From positions 71,089 to 135,088 of the forward strand of contig CAYMFM010000001.1 in assembly GCA_964389685.1 (NCBI GenBank): a stretch of 64,000 nucleotides of DNA, given 5' to 3'. The stretch is from an uncultured Rikenellaceae bacterium. Lineage in GTDB: Bacteria > Bacteroidota > Bacteroidia > Bacteroidales > VadinHA17. The position numbers were made by a program, and so were the translations under genes. The notes beneath the pieces were generated by a model. The model was not told the origin of the DNA and ran no database searches. It was given only the letters and a program-made list of their open reading frames with translations. Below, in pieces: positions 21,234 through 30,395 of this stretch. Position 1 is the first letter of the stretch. Each line of letters starts with the position of its first letter.

Positions 21234-23903
21234 ATGCCTATGAAATCTTTTTTGAGAACCTTTTTCAGTCTCACCTTCTGTTTTGCCCTGGTAGCAGCAT
21301 ACGGGCAGGGAACTGTTGAGGGTGTTGTAAAAGATCCTGCTGCAAATGAATCCCTCATCGGAGCCTCGATCCTTGTGCAGGGAGAATCAAGGGGTACGGT
21401 ATCCAATCTGGATGGGAGTTTTTCCCTGCAGTTGGAACCCGGCACTTATGTTCTTGAAATTTCCTTTGTGGGATATATAACTAAAACGGTGGACGTGACG
21501 GTAAGGGATGGACAGACAACCGACCTGGAAGAAATTGCATTGGATGTCAATGCAGTGGGTTTACAGGAGGTGCGGGTGGTCTCCTCGATGGCAATTGCCC
21601 GTCAGACACCGGTGGCCGTTTCATCCGTAAAACCCAGGCAGATCATGGAAAAACTGGGAAACCAGGAGTATCCGGAAATTCTGAAATCCACCCCCGGTAT
21701 ATACGCCACCAAGCAGGGAGGTGCATTCGGAGATTCCAGGGTGAACCTGCGTGGATTTGATCAGCGTAACATTGCGGTGATGATAAACGGTGTACCGGTC
21801 AATGATATGGAAAATGGATGGGTCTACTGGTCAAACTGGGCAGGACTTCCCGATGTAACCCAGTATATGCAGGTTCAACGAGGACTGGGTGCCGCTAAAA
21901 TCGCTGTTCCATCTGTGGGCGGAACCATCAATATCATGACACGCACAACAGATGCTGTCCGGGGTGGTAACTTCATTTATGGACTGGGAAATGATAAATA
22001 CCAGAAAATCGCCTTTACATTCTCAACCGGACTTTATGACAACGGCTGGGCATCAACCATATCACTCGCCAGTACAAACGGCGACGGATATGTGGATGGA
22101 ACCCAGTTTGAATCCTACTCCTATTTTTTGAACATTTCAAAACGGGTTAATGATAAACACTCCCTGGCATTTTCACTGTTTGGCGCCCCTCAATGGCACG
22201 GACAGAGAGCAACGGATCTATCCATCGAGACCTTTGAAAAGTATGGAATTAGATATAATGTGGACTGGGGTTATAAGGATGGAGCAATTGAATACGCCAG
22301 GAAGAACTATTACCACAAACCACAGGCAATCCTGAACCATTTCTGGACAGTAAATGAACGGACAAGCCTGTTAACCGCTTTGTATGCATCCATCGGTACC
22401 GGTGGAGGAACCGGCAGTTACGGTAATACAGATAAATTTTATGGTGACTACCTGAGGAATGGCCAGGTTGATTTTGACCGGATCGTTGATGAAAATGTAG
22501 CCCGCGGAAGCCTGGGATCGGAAAGCATACTCCGGTCATCCGTCAATAACCACAATTGGTATGGTGTCCTTTCAACCCTGAACCATAAATGGGGAAACCT
22601 GAGTGTAAACGGGGGGTTTGATGGAAGATATTACAAGGGTGAACATTACCGCATTGTGACTGACCTCCTGGGAGGAGAGTACTTTTTGGATATGAACCGA
22701 AATTACAACAAACCAATCAACGTTGCCGACGTTGGAGATAAAATTGATTACTATGACGATGGAGAAGTACTGTGGGCCGGCATTTTTGCACAGGCCGAAT
22801 ATACACTGGGTAACCTTTCGGCATTTGTTGCAGGGTCTTTTTCAGATAAAATGTACAGGCGAACAGACTACTTTAATTATTTTGATGATGACCTGAAAAA
22901 AAAGCTGAGAATTGATGCTCTTCTCTATGGGGGTTCCCATTTGCAACAAGAATACTTGGATCTGCTGGGAGAATCTACCTATAACAATGCCATGAATACC
23001 GACCAGGTTACTGACTGGACCACCTACCTGGGCTTCAGTTTCAAAGGGGGAGCAAATTATAACCTGAACGATAACCATAACGTATTCATCAATACCGGTT
23101 TCTTTGCCCGCCAGCCTGATTTTAATGCAACATACCTGAATTACCTGAATGTCCTGAATGAAGATGCCAGGAACGAAAAGGTATTCAGCTTTGAACTGGG
23201 TTACGGATTAAACACCAGTGTACTCATTGCAAACCTGAATGTGTATTATACTAAATGGCTGGATAAAACCTTCATTAGAACTTCCTCGCAAACCAATCCG
23301 GATGGTTCTGTCGACTACTTCACAGCCAATATCCTTGGAGTGGATGCACTGCATAAGGGAATTGAACTGGATCTGATTTACAGACCCATTAGCAAACTCA
23401 GTATTTTAGGTATGATCTCCCTGGCTGACTGGCGATGGTTGAACGACCTGGAAGATGTTAACCTGTTTGATGACAACCAGGAAATAGTGGGAACGTATAA
23501 CCTTTATCTAGCCGATGTTCATGTTGGAGATGCTGCCCAGACAACCTTTGCGCTTGGGATCGATTATGAACTATTGCAAGGAGTAAAAATTGGCGTTGAT
23601 TATAACTATTACGACAGGCTTTTTGCGGAATTTGACCCCCTCAGCAGAACTTCAGCCCCGGAAGATGACAAGAAAAATCCCGAAGCCTGGGAGTTACCAA
23701 CCTTCGGTCTGGTGGATGTAAACCTGCGATATGATTTTACCCTGGCAGGATTGAACGTATCATTTTTTGCAAACATGAACAACCTGTTTGATGAAAAGTA
23801 TATATCCGATGCTTATGATGGAGATTTTCATGACTGGAAAAGCGCTGAGGTATATTATGGATGGGGAAGATCATGGAGCGTCAGTTTGAGAGTCAACTTT
23901 TAG
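21234..23903 (+). CDS. TonB-dependent receptor with N-terminal carboxypeptidase-regulatory-like domain
   Basis: Signal peptide; CarbopepD_reg-like GTVEGVVKD...GASILVQGESRGTVSNLDGSFSL; plug region (LRGFDQRNIAVMINGVPVND); C-terminal beta-barrel ending in ...SLRVNF. Confidence 0.85.
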   Translation: MPMKSFLRTFFSLTFCFALVAAYGQGTVEGVVKDPAANESLIGASILVQGESRGTVSNLDGSFSLQLEPGTYVLEISFVGYITKTVDVTVRDGQTTDLEEIALDVNAVGLQEVRVVSSMAIARQTPVAVSSVKPRQIMEKLGNQEYPEILKSTPGIYATKQGGAFGDSRVNLRGFDQRNIAVMINGVPVNDMENGWVYWSNWAGLPDVTQYMQVQRGLGAAKIAVPSVGGTINIMTRTTDAVRGGNFIYGLGNDKYQKIAFTFSTGLYDNGWASTISLASTNGDGYVDGTQFESYSYFLNISKRVNDKHSLAFSLFGAPQWHGQRATDLSIETFEKYGIRYNVDWGYKDGAIEYARKNYYHKPQAILNHFWTVNERTSLLTALYASIGTGGGTGSYGNTDKFYGDYLRNGQVDFDRIVDENVARGSLGSESILRSSVNNHNWYGVLSTLNHKWGNLSVNGGFDGRYYKGEHYRIVTDLLGGEYFLDMNRNYNKPINVADVGDKIDYYDDGEVLWAGIFAQAEYTLGNLSAFVAGSFSDKMYRRTDYFNYFDDDLKKKLRIDALLYGGSHLQQEYLDLLGESTYNNAMNTDQVTDWTTYLGFSFKGGANYNLNDNHNVFINTGFFARQPDFNATYLNYLNVLNEDARNEKVFSFELGYGLNTSVLIANLNVYYTKWLDKTFIRTSSQTNPDGSVDYFTANILGVDALHKGIELDLIYRPISKLSILGMISLADWRWLNDLEDVNLFDDNQEIVGTYNLYLADVHVGDAAQTTFALGIDYELLQGVKIGVDYNYYDRLFAEFDPLSRTSAPEDDKKNPEAWELPTFGLVDVNLRYDFTLAGLNVSFFANMNNLFDEKYISDAYDGDFHDWKSAEVYYGWGRSWSVSLRVNF

Positions 23904-23935
23904 AATCCCTTATTTGAACCAGAAAAAAAACGATC

Positions 23936-25729
23936 ATGAAAACAATAATCTATTATTTGATATGCATCACACTGGTTTTTTCAGCCTGTGATCCCATGGA
24001 TGATATCCTGGATGAACTCAATGAACTGAATAAAGAATATGTGGGTGAAGCTACCTATACTCTCATCAGTGATGATTATGAAACCATAGCCGATCTGGCC
24101 CTCTATGCAGATTCCAATGATGTTGTCAATGCCAGCTTTATAGAAACAAACGAATATTTCTGCGACACGGTATCCGCTTCAAAATACATACCTGCACTCC
24201 TGTCAAACTTGTTTCCGGCATTTGGTAAGAACTCGGTTGCAACCATCACCTATAACTTCTATGATGGGTATCCTGGCTATTTAATGGGTTATGTCCAGGC
24301 TCCGTTTTATGAAGTGGCTTCTGAAGACTATCAAAGCGTTGGTGGTTCAGTGGAAGAGTATGAGTTTTTCCTTCCCGGCGATGAACCGGAGGATCATCTT
24401 CCGGGCATATTGATTAGTCAATTTCCAGACGCAGTTGATGGGGATATGGTGCTCGTTGAATGTAAGTATTCACCGGTTATACCAACCGGACCTGCCGAAA
24501 ACATCCTTTTTGAGGATGACTTTGAAGATGATGACCAGCTACTCAAGTGGACGGCATACAGTGTAGTGGGGGACCAGGTTTGGTCCCATTCAAGTTACAG
24601 TGGGAACAGTTTCGTAAAAATATCCGGTTATTATGATGGCGGGAACCACCTGAATGAGGATTGGTTGATCACTCCTGCGATTAACCTGGATGATACAGAA
24701 AATGAAATATTCACGTTTTCTACTATGTGTAATTATGCAGGCCCGGTTCTCGAAGTCAAATACTCATCCGATTATACAGGACCAGGGGATCCCTCAACGG
24801 CAACATGGACAGACTTTACCGGATATTCATTATCAGAAGGAGGATTTGAACTGGTTGAATCCGGTGAAATCTTCCTGGATGCCCTGACAGGATCAATTAA
24901 CATTGCTTTCGTATATACATCCACTGATGCTGAAAGTAAAACATGGGAAGTGGATGATGTAAAGGTCAAAACGGAATCCGATATTAGCTACAACACGGTA
25001 TATGATATCTACCAATTCAACGGGACCACCTGGTCCCCGGAAGAAGATCTGTTTGTTCTGGACTCGGATGAATACGATGCAATGGGAGATCCAGGGAAAT
25101 ACGATAACTTCTCGTCCAGTGAACCACCGGAAAACTATTTACCCCAGTATTTAAATGCACATTTACCCTATGCACAGGAAGAAGATAAAGTTGCGGTAAT
25201 GTACCGGTATTATGCGGGAACAACCATCTGGAAAGCCGATGAATATTCTGTTTCAGGAGGGCAATGGACAATGTACAAGCCCATAATCGAGCAATCCAGC
25301 CAGTTTATCCAGAATGGCGAGAAATGGGTGTTTGACCCAACCGTGATGTTTAGCCTGGTTTCTTCCGATTATCAGATAATCGTGGATTATGTTAATAACA
25401 ATGTCGATCCGGAATACGTGGATAGCTATGGTACCAGTGAATCATACTTTGGCGCAAGCGCCTATTATGGGAATTTTGATATCCGCCCGGGTTACCATGA
25501 ATTCGACCCTGAATCCTGGGAGGAAGCTCTCAAGGAAGCCATTGGAACAGCCCTGTTACCAGTCAAGTTCCCAAATGCTGTCACACAGGTGGAGGGTGTC
25601 GATGTTTATTATGTTGCCACCTTTGCTACCTATAGTGGTTCTGATGGTACTTATTCCATTACATTCCAATGCACTAAATCGGGGCCGGATCCCGAATTTA
25701 CGTACATAGAAGGACCGACTCCAAAGTAG
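23936..25729 (+). CDS. surface lipoprotein of unknown function, acidic (possible choice-of-anchor-J-like module), partner of the upstream TonB-dependent receptor
   Basis: Lipobox LVFSACD. It starts 32 bp after the receptor. The central segment FEDDFEDD...KWTAYSVVGDQVWSHSS...FVKISGY...NEDWLITPAINL resembles choice-of-anchor J/MAM-like modules. Confidence 0.45.
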   Translation: MKTIIYYLICITLVFSACDPMDDILDELNELNKEYVGEATYTLISDDYETIADLALYADSNDVVNASFIETNEYFCDTVSASKYIPALLSNLFPAFGKNSVATITYNFYDGYPGYLMGYVQAPFYEVASEDYQSVGGSVEEYEFFLPGDEPEDHLPGILISQFPDAVDGDMVLVECKYSPVIPTGPAENILFEDDFEDDDQLLKWTAYSVVGDQVWSHSSYSGNSFVKISGYYDGGNHLNEDWLITPAINLDDTENEIFTFSTMCNYAGPVLEVKYSSDYTGPGDPSTATWTDFTGYSLSEGGFELVESGEIFLDALTGSINIAFVYTSTDAESKTWEVDDVKVKTESDISYNTVYDIYQFNGTTWSPEEDLFVLDSDEYDAMGDPGKYDNFSSSEPPENYLPQYLNAHLPYAQEEDKVAVMYRYYAGTTIWKADEYSVSGGQWTMYKPIIEQSSQFIQNGEKWVFDPTVMFSLVSSDYQIIVDYVNNNVDPEYVDSYGTSESYFGASAYYGNFDIRPGYHEFDPESWEEALKEAIGTALLPVKFPNAVTQVEGVDVYYVATFATYSGSDGTYSITFQCTKSGPDPEFTYIEGPTPK

Positions 25730-25755
25730 TCTTGTAATTAACAAATGTTACAGTT

Positions 25756-25786
25756 AAAGCTGCCTTGATCAGGGCAGCTTTTTTTC
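25756..25786 (+). terminator. rho-independent terminator
   Basis: AAAGCTGCC ... GGCAGCTTT stem followed by a T-run. Confidence 0.6.
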
Positions 25787-25906
25787 CCTCTTTGCATAAT
25801 GAATGACACTGCATGATAAATGGTTTATTAACGGTGATGAACGGGGGCATTAAATATAAGAAAATAAGACCTGAATACCTTTATATAATCATTGGATTAA
25901 TGGATT

Positions 25907-25914
25907 TATATTTG
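25907..25914 (+). promoter_or_regulatory. putative -7 promoter box (TATATTTG) for nrdJ
   Basis: Exact TAnnTTTG match. It implies a leader of about 180 nt before the ATG at 26099. Confidence 0.3.
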
Positions 25915-26098
25915 TAAGATACTGATAAATAAAGAATTAAACAAGCAAGTTGAAAACTCTTCTGAAATGTTGATAATTAGGAATCAATCGATGTTGCCAA
26001 ACCTTTTGTCAATGCATAAATTGCAATACTCAATTTATTGGGGGGGGCCAATCCTACTTTTCATCATAACAATTACTTAACAATAATTATTTTCATCA

Positions 26099-28708
26099 AT
26101 GGGAGAATTGCTTGCTCAAAAAAAGGATGTTGAAGCAAAAGAAGGCACCGCTGCACAAAAATTGCCTCTCGAAGAGATAACCCAAACCAGGGTAAAGGAA
26201 GAGAGGAAAATTTATACGCACGATGAAGCCTTTGCAGCCTCCCTTGACTATTTCAACGAAGATGAACTTGCAGCCAGGGTCTGGGTCAACAAATACGCGT
26301 TAAAGGACTCCTTTGGAAACCTCTATGAACGAACTCCGGATGATATGCACCACAGGATGGCTCGTGAGATCCACAGGATTGAGTTGAAATATCCCAATCC
26401 ATTAAGTGAAGAGATCATTTACAATGTCTTGAGGAATTTCACCTATATCGTACCGCAGGGTGGTCCGATGACCGGAATTGGTAATGGTTTCCAGATCGCC
26501 TCTTTGTCCAATTGTTTTGTCATCGGGAACAGAGGGAATTCGGATTCCTACGGTGGGATTCTTAAGATTGATCAGGAGCAGGTACAATTGATGAAACGCA
26601 GGGGCGGTGTAGGACATGATCTGACACACATCAGGCCATCCGGTAGTCCGGTTCTCAACAGCGCATTGACATCCACCGGTGTTGTGCCATTCATGGAACG
26701 GTACTCGAACTCGACGCGTGAAGTAGCGCAGGATGGACGCAGGGGAGCCCTTATGCTGACCATATCTATCAAACATCCCGATGCTGAAAAATTTATCGAT
26801 GCAAAGCTCCAGGCAGGAAAGGTCACCGGCGCAAATGTTTCCGTAAAGATCGATGATGAATTCATGAAAGCCGTAACCGATGGTGGATCCTACATACAAC
26901 AGTACCCTGTTCATTCAAAAGAACCCACGGTCAGAAAGGAGATCGATGCCCGAAAATTGTGGGCAAAAATTGTTTACAACGCCTGGCTTTCGGCCGAACC
27001 AGGAATACTTTTCTGGGATACAGTGACCCGTGAATCCGTACCGGATTGTTATGCAGATCTGGGTTACCGGACCGTTTCTACCAATCCGTGTGGCGAAATA
27101 CCCCTCTGTCCCTATGACAGCTGCCGGCTACTGGCAATCAATTTATACAGTTATGTAAACGATCCCTTTACCGAAAAAGCAAAATTCGATTTTGAACGCT
27201 TTAAGGAGCATGCTGGTCTGGCACAACGGATCATGGATGATATCATTGACTTGGAACTGGAGAAAATAGATTCCATCCTGAAGAAGATCGGTGCGGACCC
27301 GGAAGGCGATGAGATAAAAGGAGTGGAGAAAAATCTCTGGACGAACATCCGTCACAAAACCGGAGAGGGAAGAAGAACGGGCATTGGGATAACCGCTGAA
27401 GGGGATATGATCGCTTCCCTGGGACTGCGATACGGCAGTGAAGATGCCATCGATTTTTCCACAGAAGTACACAAAACGCTTGCCCTTGAGGCGTACAGAT
27501 CTTCTGTGTACCTCGCAAAAGAGAGGGGCCCCTTTGCCCTCTATGATGCTGAACGGGAAAAAAATAATCCGTTCATTCGACGAATCAGGGAGGCCGATGA
27601 GGGTTTGTATAACTATATGCTTAAACATGGACGGAGAAACATTGCCCTGCTAACCATTGCACCTACGGGTACCACCAGCCTGATGACTCAAACCACTTCG
27701 GGCATTGAACCGGTATTTCGCCCGGTGTACAAACGGAGAAGAAAGGTGAATCCGAATGATCAGGATGTTCAAATCAATTTTGTGGATGAGATGGGGGATG
27801 CCTGGGAAGAATACAATGTGTTTCACCACAAATTTGTCGACTGGCTTAAATCACAGGATTACGATCCTGAAGAGGTGAAAACATATGGTGAAGAGGAGAT
27901 AGAGGAGATTGTGAGGAAATCACCCTATTATAAGGCAACCTCGAATGACGTTGACTGGGTTAGCAAAGTCAAGATGCAGGGAGCCATTCAAAAATGGGTT
28001 GATCACTCCATCAGTGTAACCATTAATCTTCCCAGGGATGTTGACAGCGATCTTGTTGCAACCCTCTACGTTACGGCATGGGAATCGGGGTGTAAAGGAG
28101 CTACCATCTATCGTGACGGCTCAAGAGACGGTGTCCTAATAACCAACCAGAGAGAAGATGTTGTTTTCCATAAGCGGCCCAAAGTACTGGATGCGGAGAT
28201 CATTCGTTTCAACAACAACAACGAAAAATGGATTGCTTTCGTCGGAATAAAAGATGGTAAACCGTATGAAATCTTTACCGGACTGGCAGATGAGGAGATG
28301 TTTCCCATTCCAAAATCCATCCACAGAGGACAGATTGTGAAGAATAAGGATGATAATGGCCGGAACAGGTATGACTTCCAATACACCGATAAATATGGTT
28401 ATATAAACACCGCCGGCGGACTCTCCCATATGTTCAAGCCGGAATTCTGGAATTATGCCAAGCTCATTTCCGGCGTCTTGAGACATGGCATGCCAATTCC
28501 CCATGTCGTGAATTTGGTCTCATCACTACAGCTCGACAGTGAAACGATCAATACCTGGAAGAATGGAGTGGAAAGGGCATTGAAAAAGTATATTCCGGAT
28601 GGTACAAAAGCAAAAGGAGGAACCTGTTCCGACTGCAAATCCAATAACCTGGTGTATCAGGAAGGATGCCTGGTTTGCATGGATTGCGGCTCATCAAAAT
28701 GCGGATAG
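26099..28708 (+). CDS. nrdJ: adenosylcobalamin-dependent (class II) ribonucleotide reductase
   Basis: Active-site STNPCGEIPL; ATP-cone-less RNR barrel (IAPTGTTSLM, GCKGATIYRDGSR); C-terminal Cys-rich tail CSDCKSNNLVYQEGCLVCMDCGSSKCG. Confidence 0.9.
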   Translation: MGELLAQKKDVEAKEGTAAQKLPLEEITQTRVKEERKIYTHDEAFAASLDYFNEDELAARVWVNKYALKDSFGNLYERTPDDMHHRMAREIHRIELKYPNPLSEEIIYNVLRNFTYIVPQGGPMTGIGNGFQIASLSNCFVIGNRGNSDSYGGILKIDQEQVQLMKRRGGVGHDLTHIRPSGSPVLNSALTSTGVVPFMERYSNSTREVAQDGRRGALMLTISIKHPDAEKFIDAKLQAGKVTGANVSVKIDDEFMKAVTDGGSYIQQYPVHSKEPTVRKEIDARKLWAKIVYNAWLSAEPGILFWDTVTRESVPDCYADLGYRTVSTNPCGEIPLCPYDSCRLLAINLYSYVNDPFTEKAKFDFERFKEHAGLAQRIMDDIIDLELEKIDSILKKIGADPEGDEIKGVEKNLWTNIRHKTGEGRRTGIGITAEGDMIASLGLRYGSEDAIDFSTEVHKTLALEAYRSSVYLAKERGPFALYDAEREKNNPFIRRIREADEGLYNYMLKHGRRNIALLTIAPTGTTSLMTQTTSGIEPVFRPVYKRRRKVNPNDQDVQINFVDEMGDAWEEYNVFHHKFVDWLKSQDYDPEEVKTYGEEEIEEIVRKSPYYKATSNDVDWVSKVKMQGAIQKWVDHSISVTINLPRDVDSDLVATLYVTAWESGCKGATIYRDGSRDGVLITNQREDVVFHKRPKVLDAEIIRFNNNNEKWIAFVGIKDGKPYEIFTGLADEEMFPIPKSIHRGQIVKNKDDNGRNRYDFQYTDKYGYINTAGGLSHMFKPEFWNYAKLISGVLRHGMPIPHVVNLVSSLQLDSETINTWKNGVERALKKYIPDGTKAKGGTCSDCKSNNLVYQEGCLVCMDCGSSKCG

Positions 28709-28725
28709 AATATAATGCAGGAGAA

Positions 28726-28757
28726 ATAAAAAACCCGGAATAACCTCCGGGTTTTTT
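28726..28757. terminator. bidirectional rho-independent terminator between convergent nrdJ and the kbl-like gene
   Basis: Stem ACCCGGA / TCCGGGT, flanked by an A-run on the left and a T-run on the right. Confidence 0.65.
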
Positions 28758-28767
28758 GATGTAAGAT

Positions 28768-30015
28768 TTACAATCCATATTTTTCGATAATCTCCTGTTT
28801 CGTCAATCCCAGAATACCATATTTTTCCCCAATTTTCACAAAGGCTTCCAGGGCTTTGTCCAGGTGATGGATCTCATGCCCGGCAGAGATCTGTGTGCGG
28901 ATCCTTGCCTGACCATTGGGAACAACGGGAAAGAAAAAGCCAATGGCATAGATTCCTTCGTTGTACAGATCCTTTGAGAAGTCCTGTGAAAGTTTCGCAT
29001 TGAACAGCATGACCGGGACGATGGGTGTATCTCCTTCTTTCAATACAAAACCTGCCTCCGTCAGACCTTTTCTCCAGTGCTTCGTGTTGTTTTCCAATTT
29101 ATCCCGGAGTTCGGTGCTTTTTGAAAGAATTTCCAGCACTTTCAGCACTCCGGAAACCACAACCGGAGCAATGGTATTGGAGAAGAGGTAGGGACGGGCT
29201 TTTTGCCTGCACATCTCCACCAGCTCTTTTCTGCCTGACACGCATCCCCCGGAAGCTCCTCCAAGAGCTTTCCCAAAGGTGGTGGTGATGATATCAACAT
29301 TCCCCAGAACGCCACATTTCTCATGTGTTCCCCTTCCGGTTTTACCGATGAAACCGGTGGCGTGTGAATCATCGACAAACAGCATGGCACCATATTTATC
29401 ACAAAGTCCGGCCATCTCATCAAGCTTTGCCGTATCCCCATCCATCGAAAAGACACCGTCGGTAATGACCATTTTAAACCGTTTGTCGGCATGGAGCTGC
29501 AATTTGCTTTCCAGGTGCTCCATGTTCGAGTGTTTAAACGTGTCATGCATGGCACTGCACAATCGGATCCCATCGATGATGGAAGCATGTACCAATCGGT
29601 CAGAGATCATAACATCCTGGTCCGATAAAACGGCTTCGAAAACTCCTGCATTGGCATCCATACAGGAAGGGAAAAGAATGGTATCTTCTGTTCCCAGAAA
29701 TTGGGTCATGCGGTTTTCAAGTTCCCGGTGGATATCCTGTGTCCCGCAGATAAACCGTACAGATGACATGCCATAACCCCTGGTATCTAGCCCTTCGTGG
29801 GCAGCTTTCACCACATCAGGATGGCTCGATAGACCAAGGTAATTATTGGCGCACATGTTGATTACTTTCTTCAGGGAAGACCCTGTGGGGAATTCAACCT
29901 CAATATCCGCTGCCTGGCTGGAATGGATAAACCGTTCTTCCTTGAAGATCCCGGCATTTTTTATCTGATCAATCTGATCCAGATAAATTTTTCTAATTGT
30001 TTCACTATAACTCAT
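28768..30015 (-). CDS. Kbl-type alpha-oxoamine synthase, diverged second copy (PLP-dependent acyltransferase)
   Basis: 415 aa. [12 protein letters not shown], Kbl-specific [21 protein letters not shown]-lysine motif [16 protein letters not shown] and PVVPNGQARIRTQISAGH. It differs from orthodox Kbl at VMISDRLVHASIIDG (Kbl has [15 protein letters not shown]) and has an extra C-terminal tail of about 15 aa. Confidence 0.8.
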   Translation of the reverse strand: MSYSETIRKIYLDQIDQIKNAGIFKEERFIHSSQAADIEVEFPTGSSLKKVINMCANNYLGLSSHPDVVKAAHEGLDTRGYGMSSVRFICGTQDIHRELENRMTQFLGTEDTILFPSCMDANAGVFEAVLSDQDVMISDRLVHASIIDGIRLCSAMHDTFKHSNMEHLESKLQLHADKRFKMVITDGVFSMDGDTAKLDEMAGLCDKYGAMLFVDDSHATGFIGKTGRGTHEKCGVLGNVDIITTTFGKALGGASGGCVSGRKELVEMCRQKARPYLFSNTIAPVVVSGVLKVLEILSKSTELRDKLENNTKHWRKGLTEAGFVLKEGDTPIVPVMLFNAKLSQDFSKDLYNEGIYAIGFFFPVVPNGQARIRTQISAGHEIHHLDKALEAFVKIGEKYGILGLTKQEIIEKYGL

Positions 30016-30108
30016 GGATAGATTATGGTTTGATTAAAACAGACTGGGTAGAACAATCCTGCCATAGGACACTGGAACCTGGTTCTCTGTCAGGATTTTA
30101 ATTTGTGA

Positions 30109-30354
30109 TTATCCGGTAAATTCCCGGATCAGGGTAACAATCTTATTGACTGAATCAAAAGCTTCAGGTGTTGCTCTATCGTCCGGGATGCTAATTGAGT
30201 ATTTGTTCTCCAGGAAACGTTTCAGGGAAACCATTGAAAACGAATCCACAATACCTCCGGAGATGAGAGGTGTATCGTATGCTATCTCCTCGTCGTCTTC
30301 CTCAAGGTATTCCTCAATTACATAGCTCAGGACAACATCTTTTATCTCTTCCAT
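30109..30354 (-). CDS. stand-alone acyl/peptidyl carrier protein
   Basis: 81 aa and acidic. The phosphopantetheine attachment motif GGIVDSFSMVSL (Ser38, codon 30241-30243) is closer to DltC-like LDSMGTV than to FAS ACP DSLD. Confidence 0.7.
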   Translation of the reverse strand: MEEIKDVVLSYVIEEYLEEDDEEIAYDTPLISGGIVDSFSMVSLKRFLENKYSISIPDDRATPEAFDSVNKIVTLIREFTG

Positions 30355-30395
30355 TTTTACGCTGTTTAAGTTAATAAATCATTTGTGTCTGTCTG

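Noticed and set aside
25790-26098. Possible cobalamin riboswitch in the long leader of the B12-dependent nrdJ.
   Set aside because: I looked for a B12-box-like core (GCCACTG-type) and for the GC-rich paired regions typical of the class. I found neither, and the leader is overwhelmingly AT-rich. An Infernal scan would still be needed to exclude it formally.
26402-26914. 170-aa minus-strand ORF, together with other long antisense ORFs in the track: 44454-44966, 60975-61598, 33751-34305, 29279-29776, 27143-27628, 45303-45719 and 11099-11596.
   Set aside because: Each lies entirely inside a strongly supported, motif-rich gene on the opposite strand. Each has a low-complexity or atypical composition and no recognisable motifs. 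They are typical shadow ORFs.
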